Positions 11,701 through 23,471 of a stretch of 64,000 nucleotides of DNA are shown in pieces. Source of the stretch: Lama glama (Eukaryota); assembly GCA_028534125.1 (NCBI GenBank), contig CM052817.1:96722001-96786000 (forward strand), written 5' to 3'. How positions within the stretch are numbered: the stretch's first letter is position 1; each line of letters begins with the position of its first letter. The translations under genes and the position numbers were made by a program. Below the pieces are notes generated by a model that saw nothing but the letters and a program-made list of their open reading frames with translations, was not told the DNA's origin and searched no databases.

Positions 11701-13949
11701 TGTATCTTTTTGGGAAAACCCCCAGTGCAGCTAGTTTGGAAACCGGCCCGTAGAGGTCTGGGCGTTTTGTTCAGTGCTCTCCTTTAAAGGACACTTGTTG
11801 CTTTTTCACTTGCAGAAAACAAGGGCTATTTCCAGATAATCAGTCTCTGTTTACCCCATCCTAATGGCGTTCCGGGATAGACTTGGCGGCGGAGTGGGTG
11901 GGCTGGGAGGCGTAGTAAAGTCAGACATCTGTAAGGAGAGGTACTAATTTCTCACCCAGCAAGCAAAGGCCACCAAACAAAACCAAACCAACGAAAACTT
12001 ATTTAAAAGCTGCTAGTTTATTTGTAGATATTAATGACCCCCCCAACTCCTTCTGTTTTGGTTAACTAGTTGAGAAACAGCTTGGCAATCATTTTGTGTA
12101 AATTAGCTCCTCTAAACTCGTGCCATCTTGGTCAGGTTGGAATTTCCAAATTACTAATTACAAGTGAACTCTGATCCTGAGTCAAAGATGTTAAATGGTT
12201 AAAGTGGAAGGATTCAGTCCTTTTGCTTAATAATAGCTTTTGAACTCCAGCAAATCCTTAGACCCCAAATATGAAGAATGCTCGATATATAAACCATGTC
12301 CTTCAGGTCTGAACCTGAGATGCTTCACTAGAGTTATGACCGATTATGACTCATGATCTGAAGCACCGCGTGGCTCAGATCCATGGAAATGAGCTATAGA
12401 CTCATCCTTGGAGGAACTTGCGTTTGAGAGGGTTCTTTGCTTTAGTTTTGTATTTCTCAGTCAATGATGGTAGGGCAGCCATGTGCCTTTGCCAAGTATC
12501 CCTTAGGTCTTCAGCTTCATATGCGTGGAGAGCTGAGACAGATGTCATCAGAAATGATTTCTGGGGTGGCGTCATTGTTGGAGGAGGTGCTTTTCATGGT
12601 AGCTGGCTCACACTTTGATAAGAACCCATAGCTTTGGACTCCTCAGCTCCGCAGTAATCAGCTGACCAAACAAACCAACATGCTGATGTTCAAACACGAG
12701 TGGTACTGTTGGGAGTAGTGTACACTCAAGATAGCTAGGTCAGTTCACTAAATATCCACCTAGCAGACTGTAATGGGCAAAGAGCCATCTCATTTCTGGA
12801 AAAGGCCATCTCTCTCTTATTTCTTATGAAAAAAAAAACTACTTCTGAAGGTTCATTCTCAGCGGAAACTAGGAAGCTTCAGTCATTAAACAGCCCAAGA
12901 TATTGAAAGATTTCCTTTTTTCCATCTCTGACCTCAACAGAAGAATTAGAGTATGCTTTGTTCTTAGAGCCCTGGTCTCCACTGCAGAATGGAAATAGTG
13001 TCATTTCGTAGGTCTACTAATATTTGGTCAGATACTCCAAACTGTAAAAAGTGGGAAAAAACTACTTATAAGTAAGTCTAGGCAGAAGTGTATACCCAGG
13101 ATACCCTGAACTTAGAAAAACTGAGATTTTAATCATTTAATCAGACTGAATCGAGTCCCATGAGCCAAGTAAAGTGAGGCATTATACCTGTCCTGCCACT
13201 TCTTGGCCACAAAAACATGACTTAACTTCTTCAAGCTTCAGTTTCCTCATGAGTGAATGGGGATATTGCCCCCTGACTACCTAAAGTTGTAAATCTCAGG
13301 TCAGATAACAAATACATATATAATAAGTTACTACTATATGTAAAATGTTATTATTAATTCAGGTTCCTGGGGAAAATCTCTGGGGAAAGCAAAAGTCTGC
13401 AGTATTTGCACCTTATATTTACTTTAGACTTTCTATACAACTTGAATAAATCATCTTTCATCCATATATTGACTAAGCCCGAAGTTTTACTGATAACCAA
13501 GATAATTATCAAAATTCTGAAAAGTGATTATCAATCGTGAATAGACTAAAAAGGACATAATTCTTAAAACTTGAATTATGACCTGGGTGTATTCATCATA
13601 CACACACACTATATCATAAATGAGCTGATGACCTTCATTGAAAGGTTCACAAAATCTCACAGAAAAGAAAATATATAAAATATTAAAATGAGAAGAACCA
13701 TTTTTATTTACCTTTGATTATTGTGTTACTGCCAACCTCCCTCATTTTCCCAGCAGCTTTTATTTAAGGATTAAAATAGAAACCTAGACTTTCTGGACAA
13801 GAAGGACCACTTGCTCTCTGCAAGTGGCTAAAACAAAACAAAACAAATCAAAAAAACCAAACGATCTTTTGAAAATGTCTAACCAGCCTCCCAAGTCTAT
13901 TGCTTCTTCAGAAATCTGTAGATATTGTTAAAACACTTCAGGTGCAAGA

Positions 13950-14180
13950 AAGCGAGTATGGTCTAGTGGTTAAGAGCTCGGGTTCAGAGTCAGGCTAACC
14001 TGCCTTCCTCAAATCACAGCAGGGCCACCACCACCTGCGGCCTCAACAAGCTACCTGACCTTCCTGAACCTGTTTCTCTGTGTTTATAATGGAGCCAAGT
14101 ATCTGCTTCACAGGGTCATTGTATGGATTAGATGGCATCATGCATGTGAAGTGCTCAGCACAGTCACTAGTCATAATCAA
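13950..14180 (+). mobile_element. MIR
   Basis: AGTGGTTAAGAGC...CTGAACCTGTTTC...TGTGAAGTGCTCAGCACAGT. Confidence 0.7.
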
Positions 14181-14514
14181 CATAGCTATAAAAGATGCTT
14201 AAAAGAGAGCATGGGATCGATAGTCCTTAGAAAAACCAAATAGTACGCCTGGCCTGGGAAAGTCCACTACTCCTAGTTTCACTCATTGGCAAATATCCTG
14301 ACAATAATTTCTGACAAATGGAAAAGCAAAAAACTCCTATTGGAAACTATCAGAAGATGTAGCTCGTGCACATTCATCATCCAGATTTTCAAAAAATAAA
14401 TATTTTGTCTTTACCAATCATATCATTTTTAATTGACTAAGACTGTTAAATGTTAATGATGTTAAAGTTATGATTTTATTTTTTTCTTTTATTTTCCAAG
14501 TTATTTAATTTAAA

Positions 14515-14735
14515 AAAAATTTTTTTTGTTATTGCAGTATAGTTGGTTTACAATGCTGTGTTAGTTTCTGGTGTACTGCCTAGTGATTCAGCTATACATA
14601 TACATATTTTTTTTCATTATAGGCTGTTTCAAGGTACTGGATATAGTTCCCTGGTTCTTGTTGTTTATCTATTTTATGTATAGTAGTTAGTATCTGCAAA
14701 TCCTGAACTCCCAATGTAGCCTTCCAACACCCCCA
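14515..14735 (-). mobile_element. L1 3' UTR fragment
   Basis: T tract followed by ATTGCAGTATAGTTGGTTTACAATG, the reverse of the L1 terminus. Confidence 0.85.
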
Positions 14736-15329
14736 AATTTTAACCAGAGTTCTGATTTTAAATTCACATTTTATAACACTTTTAAATGGCTACCTGTGCT
14801 GCATTTTATTCCCATGCTCCTTAATTACCATGTGCAAGACAGTACATGTGTTGCAATACTGAACTGTTAATTACAGAATTTGGTGATTTTATGTCTTAAT
14901 ACTATATAACTTTCACTCAGCATATAATGTCTTTTCTCTTCCATTAATAAATAAAATATTGTGTCTCAACTCTTGAAGAGTTTCTGTAATTCAGGTTATC
15001 AGCCTAAGTGTAACATCGAGAAAAAAGTAACTTTTTATCTACTACTTGAAGGAAAAGCTGACACATCCTTATCCATATTATAATCTAGATGTAAGTATAG
15101 TGATGAGATAGACAGAGACAGAAATCGAAATAGAGCTATAACTTGCCCTAATAGAGCTTTGATCTTCCCTGGTTTTGTTCTGCCATGGGGTAACCTGACA
15201 CAGATATATCTTATCTAATTACCAAATACATCCTGCCTTTTAATTGAAGCAGTAATTATCATTGACTACAATCTTACTGGCAGCTGGATTTTAATAACCA
15301 AAATGATTTTTCCTCCTTTCTTTTCCCAG

Positions 15330-15400
15330 GTGGTAAAACAACAAAAAAGGAGGGTGTAAGAGCAACATAGTAAGAGACATTTCCTCAAATGTGCATCAAG
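15330..15400 (+). other. EDNRA: EDNRA exon 2, 5' UTR part
   Basis: Polypyrimidine tract and acceptor TTTTCCCAG (AG at 15328-15329). In-frame stops TAG TAA at 15368-15373. Confidence 0.85.
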
Positions 15401-15820
15401 ATGGAAACCTTTTGCCTCAGGCTGTCCTTTTGGGTGGCGCTGGTTGGATGTGTAATCGGTGATAATCCTGAGAGCTACAGCACCAATCTCAGTACGCACG
15501 TGGACGATTTCACCACTTTTCGTGGGACAGAACTCAGCTTCGTGGTCACCACTCATCGACCCACAAATCTGGCCCTCCCCAGCAACAGTTCCATGCACAA
15601 CTATTGCCCACAGCAGACTAAGATTACTTCCGCTTTCAAATACATTAACACTGTGATATCATGTACTATTTTCATCGTGGGAATGGTGGGGAATGCGACC
15701 CTGCTCAGGATCATTTACCAGAACAAGTGTATGAGGAATGGCCCCAACGCGCTGATAGCCAGCCTTGCCCTTGGAGACCTTATCTATGTGGTCATTGATC
15801 TCCCTATCAATGTATTTAAG
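15401..15820 (+). CDS. EDNRA: Endothelin receptor type A, coding exon 2 (aa 1-140: signal peptide, N-terminus, TM1, TM2)
   Basis: Encodes [31 protein letters not shown]...[44 protein letters not shown]. Strong Kozak context AAGATGG. Donor AAG|GTAAGA, phase 0. N-glycosylation sequons NLS (N29) and NSS (N62). Confidence 0.98.
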
Positions 15821-17330
15821 GTAAGAAGTAACCACAGATGCATTTGCAGGTTTGAATGTATGCTCTGATTCCACAGTTAGGAGAGTTACTGCAGACTTTT
15901 CTGACCTTTGGAATTTTAGTCTTTGTTTTTCCTGAGACCAGTTACTGCTATCTTAAAACTCGGTAACATTGTACAATTTTATTTGTTAAATGTTGCACTT
16001 ATTTTCTAACTTAATTGTTACCAAAATAGTATTTCAGGGATGATTCTTCAAAGTCATGGTCTTTCATGAATCAGATTCTCCTGCGAGCCCTGAGCTTGCA
16101 GAGTGGATGGGCGATCTGGGAAAAGATCAGTAGATTTTCCTGAGTTAGTTTCCAGGGTGAGACCTACAGAGCCCAAAAAGTACTTAAGATAAATTATATC
16201 TTCAGTTTCAGTTACCTTTTCAATGTGATGCTGTTCAGAAGCCAGATAGCCACAGTATGGCTTGAAACGGGGAGGGCCAATTTAATTTTGACTGTCTGGA
16301 TGACGTGCTGGCTCCCCGCAGTTATCTGAGCAACTTCAAGATAACGGGGTGCACGTGCTAGCCGGCCAGGGGTGACCTCGTTGAGCACTGTTACTAAAAC
16401 TGTTTAGGACAGGCCTCCTGTTTCACTGTTGCTTCCTTCACTGCTTCAGTTTACATTTATGGAGTGCCCGCTGTGTGTCCGCCACAGAGCCAGGCAATAA
16501 GGACCCAAAGACAATCAGGCAAAGTTAGAGCCTGAGTGGGGGAGGAAGATCCCACCTACTGTTAGGGTGATCACCTTGCTCTGGGGACTGTTTGGTACCA
16601 AAACAACTAAAGCCGAAGGGAATCAGACATTCCATATTTGGTCTAGTGGTTGTGAGGGGGAAATTGCTGCAAGAATCCAAATGAACTAAAATTCAAATGA
16701 AGTTACATGATCCGTGCCAGATGTTTTGGAATGTCTTTATTCCTAGCCCAGGGAAAGCACTATCCTTAGCCTTTTTTTTTTTAATTTTTCTTCTATGTGT
16801 TGTCCATAGAAACAAAACTATTCTTGGCAATAATATTCTGAAATCTGACTTTAAATGGAAAGTTTTGTCAGATGAAGACATGATTAGGTTTAAGAGAAAC
16901 AATAACCTCAGTTTCCAGTAAATACACTCAAACTATGGTGAAATTTTACTAGCCTACCAGGAACATCAGTGGTCTAACAATAAAGACGAGAACAGTCATT
17001 AGGATTTTGAGCATTATAAGGAAAACTCATCTCAAAATGACTCCAGGATGCTGTTTGCAAAATTGGGGAAATTAGACCACAAATAAAAATTTAAAAATCA
17101 CATACCGTCTCTTTCCACAGAATAGCATGAATACATACATGTGTTTTCTATTTGAACTTAAAGCAGGATTTCAGAGCCCAGTTATGAGGCAAAAATTGAA
17201 AATGTGTAATTAATTTAAAATGTTTAGCATAAGCTATAGATCTTTAATTTTTTTCCTTTTCAAAAGTTTTTGATTTTCTCTTTATGAAATACTACGTGAA
17301 CTCAGCATTTGGCTTCCTCAGTATCTCTCT

Positions 17331-18205
17331 CTTTTTAAAATTTTTTTATTGAAGTATAGTCAGTTTACAATATTGTGTCAATTTCTGTTGTACAGCTAAT
17401 GTTTCAGCCATACATATTCATACATATATTCCTTTTCATATTTTTTCACTATAGGTCACTATAGGATATTGAATATAGTTCCCTGTGCTATACAGTAGAA
17501 CCTTGTTGTTTGTTTTATATATATAGTAGTTAGCATTTGCAATTTCGAGCTCCTAAGCTATCCCTTCCTACCCTCTTTTCCCCCAGGGAACCATAAGTCT
17601 GTTTTCTATGTCTGTGAGTCTGTTTCTATTTCATAAATAACTTCATTTGTGTCTGGTTGTTTTTTTTTTTTTGAGTCCACATATAAGTGATATTATATGA
17701 TATTTTTATTTCTCTTTTTGGCTTGCTTCATTTAGAATGATAATCTCTGGGTCCATCCATGTTGCTGCATTATTTCATTCTTTTTTGTGGCTGAGTAGTA
17801 TTCCATTGTAGATATATACCACATTTTTATCAAATCATCTGTCGATTTAGGTTGTTTTGATATCTTGGCTATTGTATATAGTGCTGCGATGAACATTGGG
17901 GTGCATGTATCTTTTCGAATTAAGAGTTCCCTCCGGATATATGCCTGGGAGTGGGATTGCTGGATCATGTGGTAACTCTATTTTCAGTTTTTTAAGAAAC
18001 CTCCATACTGTTTTCCATAACGGCTGCACCAAGTTACAGTCCCACCAGCAGTGTAGGACTCCATCATTTTCCCCATTGTTTGTGGACTTTTTAGCGATGG
18101 CCATTCTGACTGGTATGAGGTGATACCTCATTGTAGTTTTGATTTGCATTTCTCTGATAATTAGTGATATTGAACATTTTTTCATGTGCCTATTGGCCAT
18201 TTGTT
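17331..18205 (-). mobile_element. 5'-truncated L1 (relatively young)
   Basis: Minus-strand ORFs 17847..18200 and 17732..17968 are frameshifted L1 ORF2 C-terminus ([44 protein letters not shown]). Flanked by ATCTCTCT(C)TTT repeats. Confidence 0.93.
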
Positions 18206-19215
18206 AGGACATCTCTCTTTAATAAGAGATTTGAAAATGCTAACATGACCCATTCACAGTCACAGTGTCAGGTATTAAACACTGATTGTTCATACTTATA
18301 CAACTAGCTAACCAATCCATCATGGCTCAGGAGAATAATATAAACTGTCTCTGAATTAATAATTCCCATCTGACCATGTGCAAAACAGCTTCTTGGCACA
18401 TCAATACCTGCTGGGAAGGAGACTTGCTTATCTCTTTGAGGTGTTACCTGACATTCACCAGACTAAACTTCATTTCTATTCCGTAGCCACATTTTAAGTC
18501 AGACCACCTGGAATATCTCCAAACTTGGTGAAAATTCAAATAAAACTTTCTTTTACATTCCTATAGCAATGGACAAAAATTAAGACATCCTTATTTGCCC
18601 TTATGATTCTTCTTCCCTCTCAGGAATCCAGTACTTTATATACCTTATTGTAGTTCTAAACAACGTGGACAGTTTGATGTGTTTTTACATTGCAGGAATA
18701 CATTTGTATAATTCCTGTTTTTCTCACACTCATGTAATGAGTCATTTAACCAACATTAATTTTAGAAAGTAAACCTTTGGAGTTAAAAAAAAAATACTCT
18801 AGTCATTTCAGTCTTCTTCCAGAGGAAAAGAGAAAAGCATTGGAGTGAACAAAAAAGCCTCATAATATTCAGGGATTATTTCTGCTTTCTCCTATCAGTG
18901 CTCTTCTCCAGGATAGGAGACCATGAGGTGTTTCTGTTTGTTTCTCTGACTTTTGCCCGAGAGAGTCAAGAGAAATACTTCCAAGCAATATGAGCTCCAG
19001 GCCCTCCTGCCTTTTCTCCACAGCTGCCTCCTGCTGTGAGAGTCTGCTGCTTTGGAGTCTCGCATATCAGACCGAGAGTTCCTCTGACCATGTCAAGCTG
19101 TCTCTGTATTGCAGGGCAAATGAGTAGCCATCCATCTCACTTTACCATTATGTTTAGGTACCTATGAAAAATGCATAGACTTGGACAGCATTCTATTAAA
19201 AGAATACGTGACGCT

Positions 19216-19489
19216 TCTTTACCTCCCCTGCTATTAAAGGGATGCATGAAGCCTCTTTGTCTCTCTGACTGTTAGAAGAATTGGGTTGAAAGGATCTACT
19301 GTGATCATTAAAGAAACATGAGTTTTCAAATCACACAGGTCATTGTGTTTAATCTTTACCTCCCCTGCTATTAAAGGGATGCATGAAGCCTCTTTGTCTC
19401 TCTGACTGTTAGAAGAATTGGGTTGAAAGGATCTACTGTGATCATTAAAGAAACGTGAGTTTTCAAATCACACAGGTCATTGTGTTTAA
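19216..19489. repeat. head-to-tail tandem duplication, 2 x 137 bp
   Basis: 19216-19352 and 19353-19489 are identical except 19318 A vs 19455 G. Confidence 0.97.
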
Positions 19490-21534
19490 CAATTCTATCG
19501 ATTGCTGTTATACTCAGTTCTAAGGTGTCTCCAGACAGAGACTGTTGCATTGAGTCATGTTAGAGTAAGTGAAAGTAGACTGTGTGAGGGCTGCATTTTG
19601 GGGCAAGCCAAACTTACTGATTAGACTGTAGCAATGTTACAAGAACAAGGAGAGTGCCTGATAAAGGGTTCTTTCTATTCACATTTTATTCTCTTTCTCT
19701 CACTTTGAAAGAGGTTGTACTGAAACTGTTTCATGTATCAGCATGATGTAAAACACAACTGAAAAGCAATGCAGCAAGTGTCAGATGGCTGGGCTGACGG
19801 CATGGAAGAGGGGTTCACTACACATCTGAATTTCCATGCTTCCTAGCTTATCTCTGTAACTTCAGGATTTCTTCCTCCAGCCTGTACTGGACTTTTCTCG
19901 TACTTACTGAGCGCCAATCCTCTCAGAAACACCCAGGAGCTCATACTTCTTGTTAGTTCCCAACATGCATGTGCAGCTCTTGTCCGAATGCCATCCCTAC
20001 CCCTAAGTAACATTCTTTGCCCTAAATAACCTTCTCAGAGAAGCTGATTGTAGTTGCCAAATTGCTGCTGCTAAAGCATTTACAGATCCTAAATTTAAAA
20101 ATGAGTTAGGCCTAGAGTTATACCCGTTGCATAAAGAGGAAATAAACCAAAAAGTGGAAATTCTTCTAGCCATTGTTTACACTTGTGCACGCACACAGAC
20201 GTACACACACGTATACACCTCGTGATGGAATCAGACAGTCTCAGACAATAAAATGTAAAGCAGAAGGAACCAGAGGATGCAAATAAACACCAGTTACCTT
20301 CATGCTTTTCAAGCATACAAGGGCCTTGCAAATGGCAATGTTAAAGAAACACTATTATTAAGTTTATCAAGCAACTACTCTATCTGATTTTTAATTGTGC
20401 AACAGACATAATATCATTAATTTCAGGAGAAGACTGACAAAAACAGGGGAGAGGAAGGGGAAAGAATTAGGAGACCCTTTCAAATATTCACACTTATAAC
20501 CTAAACTGATAACGGATTCAATTTGTGAAAAAATTACATTATCTGATATCCTGAATTTTCAAGGAATGCAAAACTTGGCCAAGTAGATTAATCTGTATAT
20601 AAAATATTTGCATTCATAACAATGCCAAAACAATTAAAGGACTGTATCTGTGTTTAGCATTTAGCATCCAAAAAATCCCCAATTACTAAATGCCTATATA
20701 GATTAGAAGTACAGAATTTAATAATTATATTCTTTAATGATTTATTTATGCCTTAGAGTGTCATCCATAGGGAGATGGGCTTTTGAATAGAAGGAAACCC
20801 CTAAAAGTGATGTTTGTGCAAGGGTGGGCCAAAGCGTGGTGTCATGTGCTTTCAGGATGACAGTCACCCAGATGTGCATAGAGATATGCTCATAAACCAC
20901 TGCACCTCAGCTTCTGAAGTAGAAACAGGAGTGTGGGGAAATACATGTAGGAGAGAAGTAGAATGGAGAGGATTAGAAATGGTGGCCATGGAAAGAGGGA
21001 AGAAGTTGCATCCAATGGCTTGGCATAGAAATCTCGGCACAGCAGGGAGTTGGAACCAGTGATGCCATATAAGACACTGTAGGTGAATAATGTCTCCACT
21101 TAGCATGTGGGATAAAGCAGATCAGTGAGAACAAGCTAAGCAGCCAGTGATACATCCAGTAACTGACTGTTGGCTACGAATTCAGTCCCCTTTAAGCAAC
21201 CACTTCTTCCTGAGGACAACAATGAAAAATAAACAAATACAATTTCTGCATGAAATTATCAGGGATATTTTGCAATGAAAAGCCAAGACTCCCAATATGT
21301 TGCCTTGGCAGAGGATCTGAGCAATGTGGAAACCAGAGACATTCACACAGAGCCAATTTGTCTCCATATTAACACAGCCTTTGACATCTTATGCAACTGG
21401 GCTCCATCCTGTTGGGGCAGCGATACAAAAGTTGTTTTTTGACACATCAGATCACCAAGGCAATTTCTGTCCAAAAATAAATTGGCACAACTTATATAGA
21501 TGGTATGCCTCAAACTTAGTAATTGTTCCATAAA

Positions 21535-22350
21535 TTTTTTTTTGTTGAAGTGTAGTTGATTAACAGTGTTGTGTTAATTTCCGGTGTACAGCATAGTAAT
21601 TCATACATATATGAACATATATATATATTTCTTTTCTTATTCTTCTTCACTATAGGCCATTACAAGATATAGTTTCCTGTGCTACACAGTAGGACCTTTT
21701 TGTTTTTATTTTATATATAGTAGTATCTGCAAGTCCTGAACTCCCAGTTTGTCTGTCCCTACACCCTTCTTCACCCCAGAACCATAAGTTTGTTTTCTGT
21801 GTCTGTGAGTTTGTCTCTGTTTTGTAAACAAATTCATTTGTATTCTTTTTTTTATGATTCCACATATAAGTGATATTATATGGTATATTTCTTCTTCTTT
21901 CTGGCTTACTTCACTTAGTGTGATGATCTCCAGGTCCATCCATGTTGCTGCAAATGGCATTATTTTATTCTTTCTTTTTTCATGGCTGAGTAGTATCCCA
22001 CTGTATGTATATACCACAACTTCTTTATCCAGTCATCTGTCGATGGACATTTAGGTTGCTTCCATGTCTTGGCTATTGTAAATAGTAGTGCTGTGAGGAT
22101 TGGGGTGCAGGTATCTTTTCAAATTAGCATTTTCTCTGGATATATGACCAGGAGTGGGATTGCTGGATCATAGGGTAAGTGTTTTGGGGGTTTTTTGAGA
22201 CCGGTAAAGGAGTTTATTAGGGGTACACTGCCATAGACAATAGTGGGCCACATAGACGAGAGGTGCTGTGTGAGCTTATTTTCAGCTTTTTAAGGAATCT
22301 CCTTGCTGTTTTCCATAGTGGCTGCACCAAATTGCATTCCCACCAACAGT
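21535..22350 (-). mobile_element. 5'-truncated L1 interrupted by a ~90-bp insert at ~22182-22270
   Basis: ORF2 C-terminus (IMPFAATWMDLEIITLSEVSQKE) on the minus strand plus 3' UTR. Confidence 0.92.
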
Positions 22351-22779
22351 GGGATAAATGCTCTTTGATATGATTCAATACAAACTTCTAATCAGATTTT
22401 TCTGAGTCCTTCCAGTTGAGATACTGACAGTGATGAAGGTGACAATGACTTGTCAGAGGGCTTCTTCGTGTATGGACAAGGCACAGGGTCTTACCTCTGG
22501 TCTGCACACACTGTTCCCCCAAGTTTATCAGATGACCCACCGTTGCACACGTGATCATGGTGTTTCCCTTTTACTCATCATCAAGCAAATTAAAACAAGC
22601 CCTTCTCATGTATTCCAGTAATAGTGCTATCATCGGAAAATTAGGTATAGATACTGTATTCCCTAAATTTTAAGAGAGAAGGTGTGTCCCTTCATCAAGC
22701 TCTCTGTCCCTTGTGGGTGCATCGCCCCCCACTAATCGGTCCCCATTAGGTAGCTCTAACCCCACCTCCTCACCTGGAC

Positions 22780-23165
22780 ACTCTCTCTTCATGCTTTTCC
22801 TCTACCTCTCCGTACTCCAGCTAACCAAGAGTACCAAGATGATCCTTCTACCTGGAATATTTTCCCTCATGCCTCCCCTAGCATATTCTACTTTATTCTT
22901 CAGATCCCAGCTTAAGCATCTCTTTGTCTGGCAAGTATCCCTGATCTCGACTGGGTCGGCGCCTTTCTCATGTGCTCCCATGACCCCCTCTATCAGCCCT
23001 GTACGAGCATCCAATACATGCTGTATCATATCTGCAAGTTCGCTTGCCTGTCTGCCTCTCTAGGCTGCAAGGCCCTTGAGGCACGCTGCCATCCTTCTCA
23101 TTTATTATGGTATCTCCGTATCCAGCCCTGTGCCCAGCTTTAAAAATATTTGATGAATGAGTAAA
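22780..23165 (+). mobile_element. L2 3' fragment
   Basis: Pyrimidine-rich degenerate L2 text ending AAATATTTGATGAATGA. Confidence 0.6.
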
Positions 23166-23242
23166 ATAAGAAAAGGTACTGTATTTGCCTCTGTAAGAAT
23201 GTTTCTTTCCCATGCAATCCCAGATCTAAAGGCAGACTTGCT

Positions 23243-23471
23243 CTTTTTAAAAAAAAATTTTTTATTGAAGTAGAGTTGATTTACAGTATTAGTTCCAGGT
23301 GTACAGCATAGTGACTCAGTTATACATATTCATACATAGATTTCTTTCCTTTTCAGGTTCTTTTCCATGATAGGTCATTACAAGAAACTGAATATAGTTC
23401 CTGTGCCATACAGTAGGTCCTTGTTGTTTATCTACTTTATATATATAATAAGATGTGTCCATTAACACCCA
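23243..23471 (-). mobile_element. L1 3' UTR fragment
   Basis: TSD AGACTTGCT at 23234-23242 and 23472-23480. Reverse L1 terminus TTTATTGAAGTAGAGTTGATTTACA. Confidence 0.88.

Noticed and set aside
15821..15868. C-terminal extension [15 protein letters not shown] of ORF 15389..15868
   Set aside because: Read-through past the strong donor AAG|GTAAGA into intron 2.
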